A stretch of 63,389 nt of DNA, the filler included, from Octopus bimaculoides (lineage: Eukaryota), in NCBI RefSeq assembly GCF_001194135.2. It is 7 parts of 5 records of this genome, joined end to end, with 100 filler letters (N's around TTAATTAATTAA, not from the genome) between each part and the next. Parts side by side here need not be neighbours in the genome. Positions count along the whole stretch, not along the records: positions 48,533 to 55,196 come from NC_069005.1; positions 55,297 to 60,866 come from NC_068983.1; positions 60,967 to 63,389 come from NC_069005.1; 4 more parts are not named here. One strand, 5' to 3'. Position 1 is the stretch's first letter; each line of letters begins with the position of its first letter. Below, piece by piece: positions 52,531-63,389 of this stretch. The position numbers and the translations under genes were made by a program. Below the pieces are notes generated by a model that saw nothing but the letters and a program-made list of their open reading frames with translations, searched no databases and was not told the origin of the DNA.

Positions 52531-52709
52531 CCTGTTACAGCATTAAATGAGAGTATGGTTAGCAGTAACTCAGATGAAGATGAGACTGCCCCCATGAGCA
52601 TGGACAACGTGATGCAGGCAAGCACTAGCAGTAGTGTCCTCAACACCAGCCTGAACAATAGCAACCAGAACTGTAGCATGGACAGCAGTGTCACTTCAGA
52701 TATTTTAAG
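52531..52709 (+). CDS. KIF1A: Probable next unc-104/KIF1A exon (Ser/Asn-rich linker)
   Basis: The acceptor TTTTGCAG is in phase 0 and gives PVTALNESMVSSNSDEDE..SVTSDIL. The putative donor is GTTGGT. Sequence conservation is low. Confidence 0.65.
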
Positions 52710-53929
52710 GTTGGTGTCAGATTTCTTATTATTTGTAATTATTTAGTTTTATAATAATTCCTTTCGTGCATATATTTTCTAACAAAATATACTACCTGTA
52801 CTTTAATTAATTTTGAAAATCATGAAGAATTTAGAGGAATTTAGTAAAATACTGTATTTCACAAAAAAACTTATTTGTTGTATTGAATTTATAGCAATGC
52901 ACTTTAATAGCTTACACTGTTAAAGTTCAAACTTCCACACTTGTTTTTTGTTTTGTTTTGAACATGTGAACTTTTACAATAATTATTATACAGTATTTCC
53001 ACAGCAATTGTAATAAATCTGGTTAATCATTTCTTTTTCTATACATTATAAAACTAATCAAAAACCAATGTGTCCCTTTAAATTTTAGTGGTCAATGTCT
53101 GTAAAAGTTTCATATTGTTTTCCTCCCCACCACACTAATAACAAAAGTATATGTACACTGAATGTATAACTATTGTCATTAATTGTTACATATTTTTTTA
53201 TAACTAACTTTTTATGCACATATATATTTCTTGTGCACATAAATTTTTGTTTGTATGTGTTGCTTATAAAATATGTATGCATGAACATGGTTTAGAAGGA
53301 ACAGTGCATGTCATTTTTTCTTTATCAGAATTTTGTTGCCATAATCCCTGGTAAACATCATACATTTGAATACATACCATACATATATAAATTTGGGAGT
53401 TTTCTGTTTATTCATAAATATGAAGCTAGGGTTTGAAACATAACAAAATATTTTTACATAAAAGTCCCTCTGCCCCTTATACTGTGAAGACCCACCCTGA
53501 CATTTCATCACCATTATTTAATTTTTTTAATCATTTTCCAGCTCCACCCGATCACCCCTATCCTCTCTTTTAAAATATGAGTAGTCATTTAGCACCTCTA
53601 CAACAAGAAACATATTCTGCTCTGGCCCCTTCTCCTATACTTTTACCCTTCTCTTACCCTTCATCTTCTGGCATAAAGTTGTCCACTTGTGGTTTGTAAT
53701 TTTGAAGACTGCATGGTGGCTTCATGAAAAAAAAGCACCCAACTCATGCTAGAAAGTGGTTGGCATTAGGAGGGATATCCAGCCATAGAAACCATGCCAA
53801 AGTAGGTACTCCTGATTCTTAGTAACAATGCATTCTTTCATTTTTTCCTGGGTGCTGGTTGCTTGAGCATTCTGGTTATTTGAGTGCCAGATGAGGGGGA
53901 GTTTACTGTACAAGTACAGCCTGATCGTG

Positions 53930-54100
53930 GAGGCACAATGGCCCAGTGGTTAGGGCAGTGGACTCGCGGTCGTAGGATTGCGGTTTCAATTCCCAGACTG
54001 AACCTGAAACTACATGGAGGCAAAGTGAGCTTTTTTAATCACATTGCCATGCCTGTACCTCTGAATCACGTGACATGTCTCCACCAAAAGAAAAAGAGAT
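53930..54100 (+). mobile_element. tRNA(Arg)-like SINE head
   Basis: GGAGGCACAATGGCCCAGTGGTTAGGGCAGTGGACTCGCGGTCGTAGGATTGCGGTTTCAATTCCCAGAC has A and B boxes but no complete cloverleaf. Confidence 0.7.
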
Positions 54101-55110
54101 AGTTACTTTTGAAATATGTTATGTAGTGTCTTATGAACTAGAGAGGCACAATGTAGCTATTCTAAAACTGGGATAACAGAGAGTAACCACTGATAGAAAC
54201 ATTGATAATCTTGGGCAAGCCTTATTAAGAACATTTAAATACAAAGAAATAGGAAAGAAGAGAGATAAGAAAAGGTAAAAAAAAAGTGTTGTGGGTGGAG
54301 GTAGTATTAAAGGGAAATATGCTATGTACCAGCTCCCAGAGGTGGGGGATCAAACTCCCAACTCTTACTTTGCTCCTGACCCCTGTTTTACTCCTGGCCC
54401 CTGCTTTACTCCCAACCCCTGGGTTAAATGACAACAACATCTATAAAGGAAATAATAGTTTCAAGTAGAAACCCTAAAATTGACAGGAAATTGAGTGGGT
54501 GTGTGTGATAATTTCTGTGAATGTGCATGCGTTTGCATGTGTATGTGTGCACACATGATAGGCAAAACAAGGAGTGTTAGTGTAGCAGTTGTAGACCATA
54601 GATGCATGCATGGATGTCTAGTTGAAAAGTTCACTGCACAACTGTATAATTTTGAGTTCAATCCCACTGCATGGCACCTTGGGCAAGTGTCTTCTTCCAT
54701 AGAAGAAATTAGTTTTTCATATTTAGTTACTAACAAACTTGATGTCATCTGTAAGACTTTCATAAGATACAAACAACAGCATTTATTCAGACTGCAGTGA
54801 ATATTCAGACAAGTACCAGTAAGGTGACGCTGGTAATGCTCACACTCAGATGGTGCTATTAAATACGTTATAGTATAGATGGCTATAGCAATTAAAACCA
54901 AAAAGGAAAATTAATAAGTGAGGGTGCAAAATAGCACCTGCAATTGCTAGAAATGAGAGTCAAAACTATAACTCGAACAGTCACACAAAAACACCAACTC
55001 AATGAAATATTTGGGACTGTGAGCAGGAAGCCATGTCTTCCTTTAGCAAAATAAACTCAAACATAATCATCAGGCACAAACCACATATCATAAGAAACTA
55101 ATAATAATAT

Positions 55111-55196
<86 letters not shown>

Positions 55197-55296
55197 NNNN
55201 NNNNNNNNNNNNNNNNNNNNNNNNNNNNNNNNNNNNNNNNTTAATTAATTAANNNNNNNNNNNNNNNNNNNNNNNNNNNNNNNNNNNNNNNNNNNN

Positions 55297-55339
<43 letters not shown>

Positions 55340-56429
55340 ACAATATTATTATCAATGATGACTTATGTATGTACGTATGTATATACATGAACTAGCCCAA
55401 AACTCTGGGTGGACGTTTTGTCCAGCTCCTGGAGAAGACTGTTTCCCATTCGGCCAAAAAAAATAAGATCAATAATTCTTGATTTGCATAAACTATATTA
55501 AGTCAAAATTTCAGCCGATTCTGTGGAACCTTAGTACTGTTGACCTTTAGTGATTTGTCTAGTCTAAAGCTTGAGCATGCTATATTGAGTCAGTATCTTA
55601 TTTTATTTTGCCTTTTTATTTTATTTTTTATTTTGCAGTATATTGATTATTTCCAGATTTGTTTTGCTTGTTTCTATCTCGATATCAATATGAGCATCTT
55701 TACTAATGCCTTTCAAAGAGAAAATAATCTCTACTTTTTACGAATCCTAATTTAACGTTTAAAATATGTTAAAAAGAAAAATTAATGTTGTATATGATCC
55801 CAAAGATTTTTCCCCCCTGATAAATAGATTTAATATGAGAAGACAAAATATTATTTCATATTTCTATGGATTTTTGCCTGGAGCGAAATGATGCGATCAG
55901 CAATAAAATTACCACGCTTATCCTAAGCAAGCATGAAAAGTGTTTACTGCCGAAACATAAGTAAAACAAGTTCAAAAATGTTAATCATTTTCCCTACTTA
56001 TCATCCCATTTCTGATTAGTTTAAATATAGTTCTCTGATAATTATCCAGTTTGTTTGTTCTCTATATTCTACTTCATATCTTATGCTTCATAGTTCACAT
56101 TTTTATGGTCATTTTGCAGGGCGGAAAGCAGAATAGTTGAAACACTCCCAGGATCACTGTGATATTAAATATATGCTATCTCTGGTATAGTCTTCACTAC
56201 GAGATTGAGTTTATAAACCAGAAAGGCCTGCGGACACGCACAGAAACTCGCATTTATTAATACATACATACATACATACGTACACACATGCATACATACA
56301 TACATACATACATGCATACACACACACACACACACACACATATACATATATACTCACATATACATATATACATATATATAAATATATACATATATACATA
56401 TCCATATATACATATCCCTATATACATAT

Positions 56430-56462
<33 letters not shown>

Positions 56463-56705
56463 CAATATAATCTGTATAAGGGCATTATTATAAAATAAAG
56501 CCTCACGCTTGCTTATTTTGGTAGTTTTGACTTATTAAGTCCCTCTAAGCGTGAAGCTTTATTTTATAATAATGCCCTTATATAGATTATATTATATATA
56601 TTTATNNNNNNNNNNNNNNNNNNNNNNNNNNNNNNNNNNNNNNNNNNNNNNNNNNNNNNNNNNNNNNNNNNNNNNNNNNNNNNNNNNNNNNNNNNNNNNN
56701 NNNNN

Positions 56706-57070
56706 ACGGACGAAAGTTGCAAATCGACTCAACCAGCATCCCAAGAATAGCCAAATGTCGCGCCTAAAAACGACACTGATGGAGATTGAAAAAAGGCTGC
56801 AACAATCCTATGTGAGGGAGAGAGCAGACAAAGAAGCCTGGGTTATAAAAAACATTAAGTCAAACCCAAAGGCCTTCTTTCATTACGCAAAAGAAACAGC
56901 CTTAGTACACTCCAAGATTGGACCCCTCTCCGAAAAGGATGGCTCCCTCACAGACAGTCCAACTAGGATCAGTGAGTTACTGAATTAGCAGTTCAAAAGT
57001 GTCTTCCCCACTCCGTTGGAGCACAGACAAGTGAACTAACCAGTGGACTTCTTTGCTACCTCCCCTATAA
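56706..57070 (+). mobile_element. CR1-group LINE fragment (endonuclease-RT linker)
   Basis: IKNIKSNPKAFFHYAK..KIGPL..DGSL..ISELLN*QFKSVF. Confidence 0.78.
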
Positions 57071-57071
57071 C

Positions 57072-58585
57072 CAGTGAGGCAGTTACGATGGAATACATCA
57101 ACATTAGCGAAGATGTACAACTTGGCGGTGGCTATCCTTGAAAGGGAGGGTGGAGGTAGCCAATGTGTTTATCTCATTGGTCATCGTTTACCGTCTTTCT
57201 GTCGTTCTTTGTGCAGAATCGTGGTTAAGAAAGTTGGAGAGGCTATTCTTCCACTTTTTGTGGAAGGAGAACGCTCTATTTGCTGTCAAAAGCCGTTCTA
57301 TTTGCTGTCAAAAGCCGTTCTATTTGCTCTCAAAAGACGTTCTATTTGCTGTCAAAAGCTGTTAATGGGTGGGTTAAGGATGCCATGGCTGTTGATGCGC
57401 AAGCATCCGCTGAGGTTGAGGCACCTCTGGCTCTCCCTGGATGGTGAACAGGTGTGGTCTCCGCTCGCTAGACGGATGTTCCCCAGCTTTACTAGTTTTG
57501 GTGGTAGAGAAAACTGGTTTCGTCGAAGATCGAGGTTGGGTACCTGGTATGTGGTATGNNNNNNNNNNNNNNNNNNNNNNNNNNNNNNNNNNNNNNNNNN
57601 NNNNNNNNNNNNNNNNNNNNNNNNNNNNNNNNNNNNNNNNNNNNNNNNNNNNNNNNNNNNNNNNNNNNNNNNNNNNNNNNNNNNNNNNNNNNNNNNNNNN
57701 NNNNNNNNNNNNNNNNNNNNNNNNNNNNNNNNNNNNNNNNNNNNNNNNNNNNNNNNNNNNNNNNNNNNNNNNNNNNNNNNNNNNNNNNNNNNNNNNNNNN
57801 NNNNNNNNNNNNNNNNNNNNNNNNNNNNNNNNNNNNNNNNNNNNNNNNNNNNNNNNNNNNNNNNNNNNNNNNNNNNNNNNNNNNNNNNNNNNNNNNNNNN
57901 NNNNNNNNNNNNNNNNNNNNNNNNNNNNNNGTTCCGAAGAACATTCGGGCCGAAGACATTGGATAACTTCTAAAAGTCTTTGGCTTGGCAGTGTTACCGA
58001 GGAGCCCTACCCGTTCGGGATAAGCTCACCAGACAGTCATCGTGGGCCGTCGGCCTGTCCAAGATGCGACGGGACGTGGAAACCTTCCTGCACGCTATTG
58101 TTCAGTGTCCGGGAATTTCAGAAGTGTGGGTTTATGCAGAATACCTATTGTCATATGGAAGAAGAATACAACTATCGGCTGAGTCAATTGCAAAAATTAA
58201 CCCACCGGATTTCCTTACGGAAAAATGTAAGAATTGTTTTCTCGTAGTAGTAGCAATTACGAGAAAGATGATATGGAAGTCAAGGATGAAAGTGATTGTG
58301 ACAGACAGCTTCGTCTCCGACCTCGCCCTGGTGAAGGTTTTTACCTTTCACCTTAGAAGGAAGGTGGGGCTGGAAAGGAGGTGCCTGTCAGAGCGTGTGT
58401 TCAAAAAACGATGGACGTGTGTGGCACGTATATTGGGAGTGAAAGGCCCTGCATGAACACGTCAGAAAGATTACAAAGGTGTCGGTATTAAAGACAGGAT
58501 TCGTGGGGTTGGAGCTGACCTGTTTTTAATGCCTCATTGTGTTATTTTTGTATATGTAAATTTTTTTTTGTGTTCCATTTGTTAA
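57072..58585 (+). mobile_element. Tx1/L1-group LINE 3' fragment
   Basis: GGLRMPWL, SLAWQCYRGALPVRDKL, CPRC and ETFLHAIVQC (zinc knuckle), KMIWKSRMK, and a T-rich 3' UTR. Confidence 0.8.
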
Positions 58586-58815
58586 TCATCTGTCATTGTA
58601 AATTTTTAAACCCATACGATTGTATATGACCCCGTTCATATTGAGTTGCCCCCGCCTCTTTGTGCGCCTGTATGGGCAATAATAAAACCAAACAACCCTG
58701 AAAGTTTCATCCGAATCCATCAGTGGTTCCTGAGATATCTTGTCCACAGACAAACAAGCTAACAAACGCGACTGAAAATAATACCTCCGCCTTAGCGAAG
58801 GCGGAGGTAATAGTA
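58586..58815 (-). mobile_element. Helentron-associated (HINE/DINE-1-like) non-autonomous element
   Basis: Subterminal palindrome TACCTCCGCCTT-AGCG-AAGGCGGAGGTA (58782-58809), followed on the - strand by TTTGTTAGCTTGTTTGTCTGT and GGATTCGGATGAAACTTTCAGG. Confidence 0.55.
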
Positions 58816-59040
58816 AAATAATTATATGCAATAAGATGTATGCTCTTTTTACGCTTTTCACTCTTTGAAAACAAATTTTTAACAGAAGAGAAAAAGATAT
58901 GCCTAGAAACAATTATCCCCTCCCCCACTCCCTGAGCAGCAACCCCTTTTCGTTCTCAGCCTCTACCACAATATATATGTTCTTGACTCCCAGATAGATG
59001 ATAAACTGTTTTTACTTCAAATTTTTATAAAGTTTTACTG

Positions 59041-59078
59041 ATATTTGATAAGATGTGATTCATCGAAACCGGTAATAT
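59041..59078 (+). ncRNA. Degenerate minimal hammerhead motif
   Basis: ATAT-TTGATAA-GATG tgatt CATC-GAAAC-CG-GTA-ATAT. The helices are intact but the core has C3U and G8A. Confidence 0.5.
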
Positions 59079-59429
59079 TTTCTTTATATAATTTTTAAAA
59101 TCATTTTTATTAAATTCCTTCTTACACTGAAATGTCTTAGACTTACTTCTGTGCTGTTTCCACCGCCGTATTTTCTNNNNNNNNNNNNNNNNNNNNNNNN
59201 NNNNNNNNNNNNNNNNNNNNNNNNNNNNNNNNNNNNNNNNNNNNNNNNNNNNNNNNNNNNNNNNNNNNNNNNNNNNNNNNNNNNNNNNNNNNNNNNNNNN
59301 NNNNNNNNNNNNNNNNNNNNNNNNNNNNNNNNNNNNNNNNNNNNNNNNNNNNNNNNNNNNNNNNNNNNNNNNNNNNNNNNNNNNNNNNNNNNNNNNNNNN
59401 NNNNNNNNNNNNNNNNNNNNNNNNNNNNC

Positions 59430-60140
59430 CTACACCTTAGCCCTTTCATGGCGTCTGATGTGGCTTTTTAAACCAGACAGTGTTTTGAAAAAAACACCCA
59501 CACAGATTGCACCTCTGATTTGCACTACCAATACCTGCAAGTAAGTTCTGCTCATTGTGGATCCTAACATGTCTTTTAAGACCCCCATTGGATTTGCAAA
59601 CCCTCTGGCACACACCACATTCAAACGTGTGCACAGACATATAATCAGAATAGCTGGATGAGGTATATATATATATATACATACATGATGATGATAATGA
59701 TGGCTGTCTAATCATGACCGAGCAAAACCATCACTGACCATTAAGTGCATTATGCTTTCAGACAAAATTATGCTGTACACTTGCAGCTCTGCTGGTGACT
59801 AATGAACTCAGTTCTTGATAGACACACACGAACGCAGATACTGCAGACAAAACTTACCCCATTCACTACACAGTCAGTGCATATCGAGCAGCTCGCTTAA
59901 GTTCTACATGCAAAATGTGCGTTTCTTTAAAAATACCAACTCCGTCATTTACTCGTTTCTTTTATTGCAGGCGATGACAAGCATTGCTTTCTCGATTGAC
60001 CTTCCATATCTCATATACCTTCAACGAAGATTTTATACAATTCTTTAACCGTGGTCTTGGTTTCTGCTGGGGGTGCTTTCCACCATCGAGCTCACCATAT
60101 AGCATCTCTTTAGAGAATCTCTGATCATTCATCCGAACAG
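59430..60140 (-). mobile_element. RTE LINE C-terminal remnant(s) with C2H2-type zinc fingers
   Basis: VRMNDQRFSKEMLYGELDGGKHP, FVCSICVRVCLSRTEFISHQQSC, FECGVCQRVCKSNGGLKRHVRIH, and RCNLCGCFF/KTLSGLKSHIRRH (frameshifted). Confidence 0.72.
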
Positions 60141-60355
60141 TGTCTAGTCTAGCTTTTTATAAGGCTTTTTATGTGCCTTATATTTTTATATTTTCTATAT
60201 GTTATATTTTCATTTTTCATTTATTTATTTTTTATTTTATTATTGCTGTACCCTTATTTTTATTCTTATTTTTATTTTTGTTTTTGTTTTCGTTTTTGTT
60301 TCTATTTCACTTTTGTTTTTAGCTCTTACTCTATATTTGTATGGAATTATTTATG

Positions 60356-60484
60356 AATCTCTGAAGAGGCCTAGCGAATCGTGCATATACCCCCATTTCA
60401 GCATTTCATCCGATAATTACTCCGGCAGGAACTATTCGGATAGAATGGAGCATGCCAAAGTTAGACCGAAACAGCTGTAAGATT
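60356..60484 (+). ncRNA. Type I hammerhead ribozyme with intact core and an 84-nt stem II insert
   Basis: AATCT-CTGAAGA-GGCCTAGC..(84 nt)..GTTAGACC-GAAAC-AGCT-GTA-AGATT. Predicted cleavage is after A60479. Confidence 0.8.
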
Positions 60485-60966
60485 AAGTTTATGTTCATTC
60501 TCTAATTCCTTATGTACTTTTATTTGTAAACCCGGTTGTCAATATAACATGGTTTGTCATAAACACCTGTACTTTGTGGGGGTGGGGGTTGTCACTTTAG
60601 TTATGAACTAAGTTAATGAATTCAACGGGACACACTGTCTGCAAGTCGTTGAGTTCAGTATGTTATCCTCCATTTTCTACTTGATATATAAATTTAGGGT
60701 AACCACCCCCCACTTTTACCCACTCCTACTTATTGCACTTGGTATAACACTAGTGTAACAATAATTGGATACCCTCCCAGCAGTATATTGGATAGGTACT
60801 ATCCTTTAGTGGGTTGAATCCTCAACCCCTAACTCTCTCGCATTTTATATATATATATATATATATNNNNNNNNNNNNNNNNNNNNNNNNNNNNNNNNNN
60901 NNNNNNNNNNTTAATTAATTAANNNNNNNNNNNNNNNNNNNNNNNNNNNNNNNNNNNNNNNNNNNN

Positions 60967-61013
<47 letters not shown>

Positions 61014-61249
61014 TAGAGAGAGAGGTAGAGAGAGAGGTAGAGAGAGAGGTAGAGAGAGAGGTAGAGAGAGAGCATGTGTATGTATATATGTATCCATATA
61101 ATGTGTTCGTAAGTCTTGTGGACTACAAAGAAATCCCCTGTATAAGACGGATAAAAAACTTCTGAAAGGACTGTGAAACCTAATCCTCGACTTGCAAATT
61201 CAATTGTAAATCTTGCATATAAAAGTTAATGCACTGTGTATTCACAATC

Positions 61250-62175
61250 TTATTTGAATTGTTGTTGACAAGTCGCAACTTCATCTGTTAGCCTAGTCCA
61301 TCTACGTCTTATGAAAGTTTCGTTCTTCACTTCTCAATCTTTGTCGTATTTCTTGTTTCTATAGAATCCTTTTGTTTGTGACAGCTTGCTAGTTATATGA
61401 GTTAATGGTGGTCGTTTCCATGCCACGCTAACACATAACTGTATTTTTGTTGCAGGCGAACTTCGCTTTTACACCTAGATATCACCCAGATATATATGCC
61501 CAAGTTAACGAAGTTGTCAGAGAAAATGATGACAGAAAGGTTGCTCGCACTGACAGCAAGTTAACATTCAAGATCTTGTCCTGCCACTTGATCTCAGAGA
61601 TTCTGAACAGGCACCTCAAATGCAAACATGAAACTTGTGGTCTTGTCAAGAGTATAGCTTCCACGATTTACAGATACATATTGAAGTTACACTTCAACAT
61701 TGGTCGATGTTCTGAGTTAATTATTCGGAGCTGCTTTGCCAATGCACTTCTTATATTTTTTAATCTAGAGAGAGCTTGTCTGTAGCAATGAAGTCAAGAT
61801 ACTAAAATTCATATACTAAATCCAGTTCCTTAGCTTTAATTTTAATGCAATGAGGTACTGAAATGACTTATCGCATGACGTGCATTTTGAATCTGTGGGG
61901 CCAAATAACTAGCAAGACACTGAGAATCTGCCTATAAATATTTCCAAGTTTTTTACAGAGTTTGAGGAGATAGCTACCATCAGTAATCAGCATTTTTATA
62001 GTACCTTTCCTTATCATTATTTTGATCCTTAGTTTAGCTATACTGTAGAGGTGGCTATGACTCAACTGGATATAGACGCTGTCGATCGAGGAGTTGAATG
62101 TGTATTCTAGGAGCAGTGCAAGGATGCTACCAAAAATTGTTATGATGACACGTCCTTGCTCCACTCCCCTCTTTA
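61250..62175 (-). mobile_element. RTE/BovB-like LINE RT fragment
   Basis: EQGRVIITIFG..LYSIAKLRIK..MLITDGS (degenerate RT core) and HLRCLFRISEIKWQDKILNVNLL. Confidence 0.8.
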
Positions 62176-62337
62176 TTTCAAATTATTTTGAACATAGATA
62201 CATCATACTGCATAATATTCAAATTTCTATCATTGAAGGCTTAATATGCATAGGTCTTGCAATGATAGGAATATACATGCATACAAGCATACACACATAC
62301 ATATTGGCTTGCATACATACATGCACACACGCACAGC

Positions 62338-62413
<76 letters not shown>

Positions 62414-62584
62414 TGTGTTTGTGTATGTGAGTGTTGTAATCATCCAACCACGTATCTATATTTTAGTATCAATTAATCAATTAACATTCAATTTGTATCC
62501 CAAATTATGAAAGAAATGAAACTAAATTTAAATGAAAGGTAAAATAGCAATTAGTGAAAGATATTAAGATTAAAGATTACTAAC

Positions 62585-62719
62585 ATCCGAGATCACCCCA
62601 TCCAGCAGCGATACATCGTGCTCCGTCAAACGTCTCTCCTTTTTGAGCCAGAGGTGCAAACTGGACGCAGCTGTCAGCTTTTATACTGTTAGCCAAAGTC
62701 AATATGGCGATATCATTCT
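62585..62719 (-). CDS. Internal exon of a trypsin/chymotrypsin-family (S1A) serine protease, containing the catalytic Asp
   Basis: NDIAILTLANSIKADSCVQFAPLAQKGETFDGARCIAAGWGDLG carries the NDIA and C.AAGWG motifs. The 135-bp exon is phase 1-1, with a polypyrimidine-TTTACAG acceptor and a GTTAGT donor. Confidence 0.88.
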
Positions 62720-62864
62720 CTGTAAAGCAATAACAGATTCAAGGGAAGAAAGAAAAGAGAAAAATATTTCAAAATATTGCAAGAAAATATTTAATATGAC
62801 AATAATAATAACTCTTTTTAATTTAGGTATAAGGTTAACAATTGTGAGGGGGAAAAGCAAGTTA

Positions 62865-63020
62865 AATACATCGATACAGAACTTGATTGGTATTTTATTT
62901 TATCGACCCCGAGAAAGCAAAGTTGTCCTCGGAAGGATTTGAATTCTGAACGAAGAAATTCAGAACGAATGCCGAAAAGAATGCTTTACGACGGTCTCAC
63001 AATGCTGCCAGTTCGCTGTT
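62865..63020 (-). mobile_element. SINE family B, diverged copy
   Basis: TTTTATCGACCCCGAGAAAGCAAAGT..GGATTTGAATTCTGAACG..ATGCTGCCAGTTCGC. Confidence 0.65.
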
Positions 63021-63389
63021 GTTTACGTTGGCTTCTAATATCGGTAAAATGTGAAAAGCTTGAAGAAATACTTCAGGCTCTTTTCTCGACACTATAATGA
63101 TAGTATTGGTTGAGAAATTTGTTACTTAGTATATAATTAAGAATTTTTAATCTTCATATCATAAATAATGAAATACTTGGTGATCCAGAGTATAACTTCC
63201 ACAGAATAAGTCTATTCATTATCTATTATTTGTTATTTATTCGTTGTATCTTGTTTATTCTAATGTATTTTGATGTTATATTTTGATTTATATCTAAATA
63301 TTATATATTGCTGTAAACATTAGGGCTGCGTGTGTATAGTTGGCTATATAAGTACATAGGTGCCTGCATGTATATATATATATATATAT

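Noticed and set aside
5479-57363. Short direct repeats as possible CRISPR arrays
   Set aside because: The repeats are head-to-tail with no unique spacers, in a eukaryotic context.
61447-61785. 112-aa + strand ORF with an acceptor-like start, initially a possible KIF1A exon
   Set aside because: It is the antisense frame of a decayed RTE RT, and it has no PH-domain or KIF1A motifs.

Overview
Repeat-dominated eukaryotic genomic DNA from a gappy assembly. The repeat families and the one recognisable gene suggest an invertebrate, most likely an octopus or other coleoid cephalopod; this is inference from remembered repeat families, not a database result. Host coding sequence is sparse: three consecutive + strand exons of the kinesin-3 motor unc-104/KIF1A (51743-52709) and one - strand exon of a trypsin-family serine protease (62585-62719) that the ORF track misses. 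The rest is microsatellites, tRNA-derived SINEs and decayed transposons: four Penelope-like elements (PLEs) or fragments, RTE, HERO, R4, CR1 and Tx1 non-LTR retrotransposons, mariner and maT DNA transposons, and hAT- and Helentron-type non-autonomous elements. The most notable hidden signal is a set of type I hammerhead ribozyme (HHR) motifs in PLE pseudo-LTRs. These include an intact pair in inverted orientation bracketing a near-full-length PLE (487-574 on -, 2974-3061 on +), one with an 84-nt stem II insert (60356-60484), and fold-back palindromes that place HHR sequence on both strands (49416-49578, 15205-15365). Six N44-TTAATTAATTAA-N44 synthetic joins mean adjacency across them cannot be trusted. 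I found no CRISPR array, rRNA or genuine tRNA gene.
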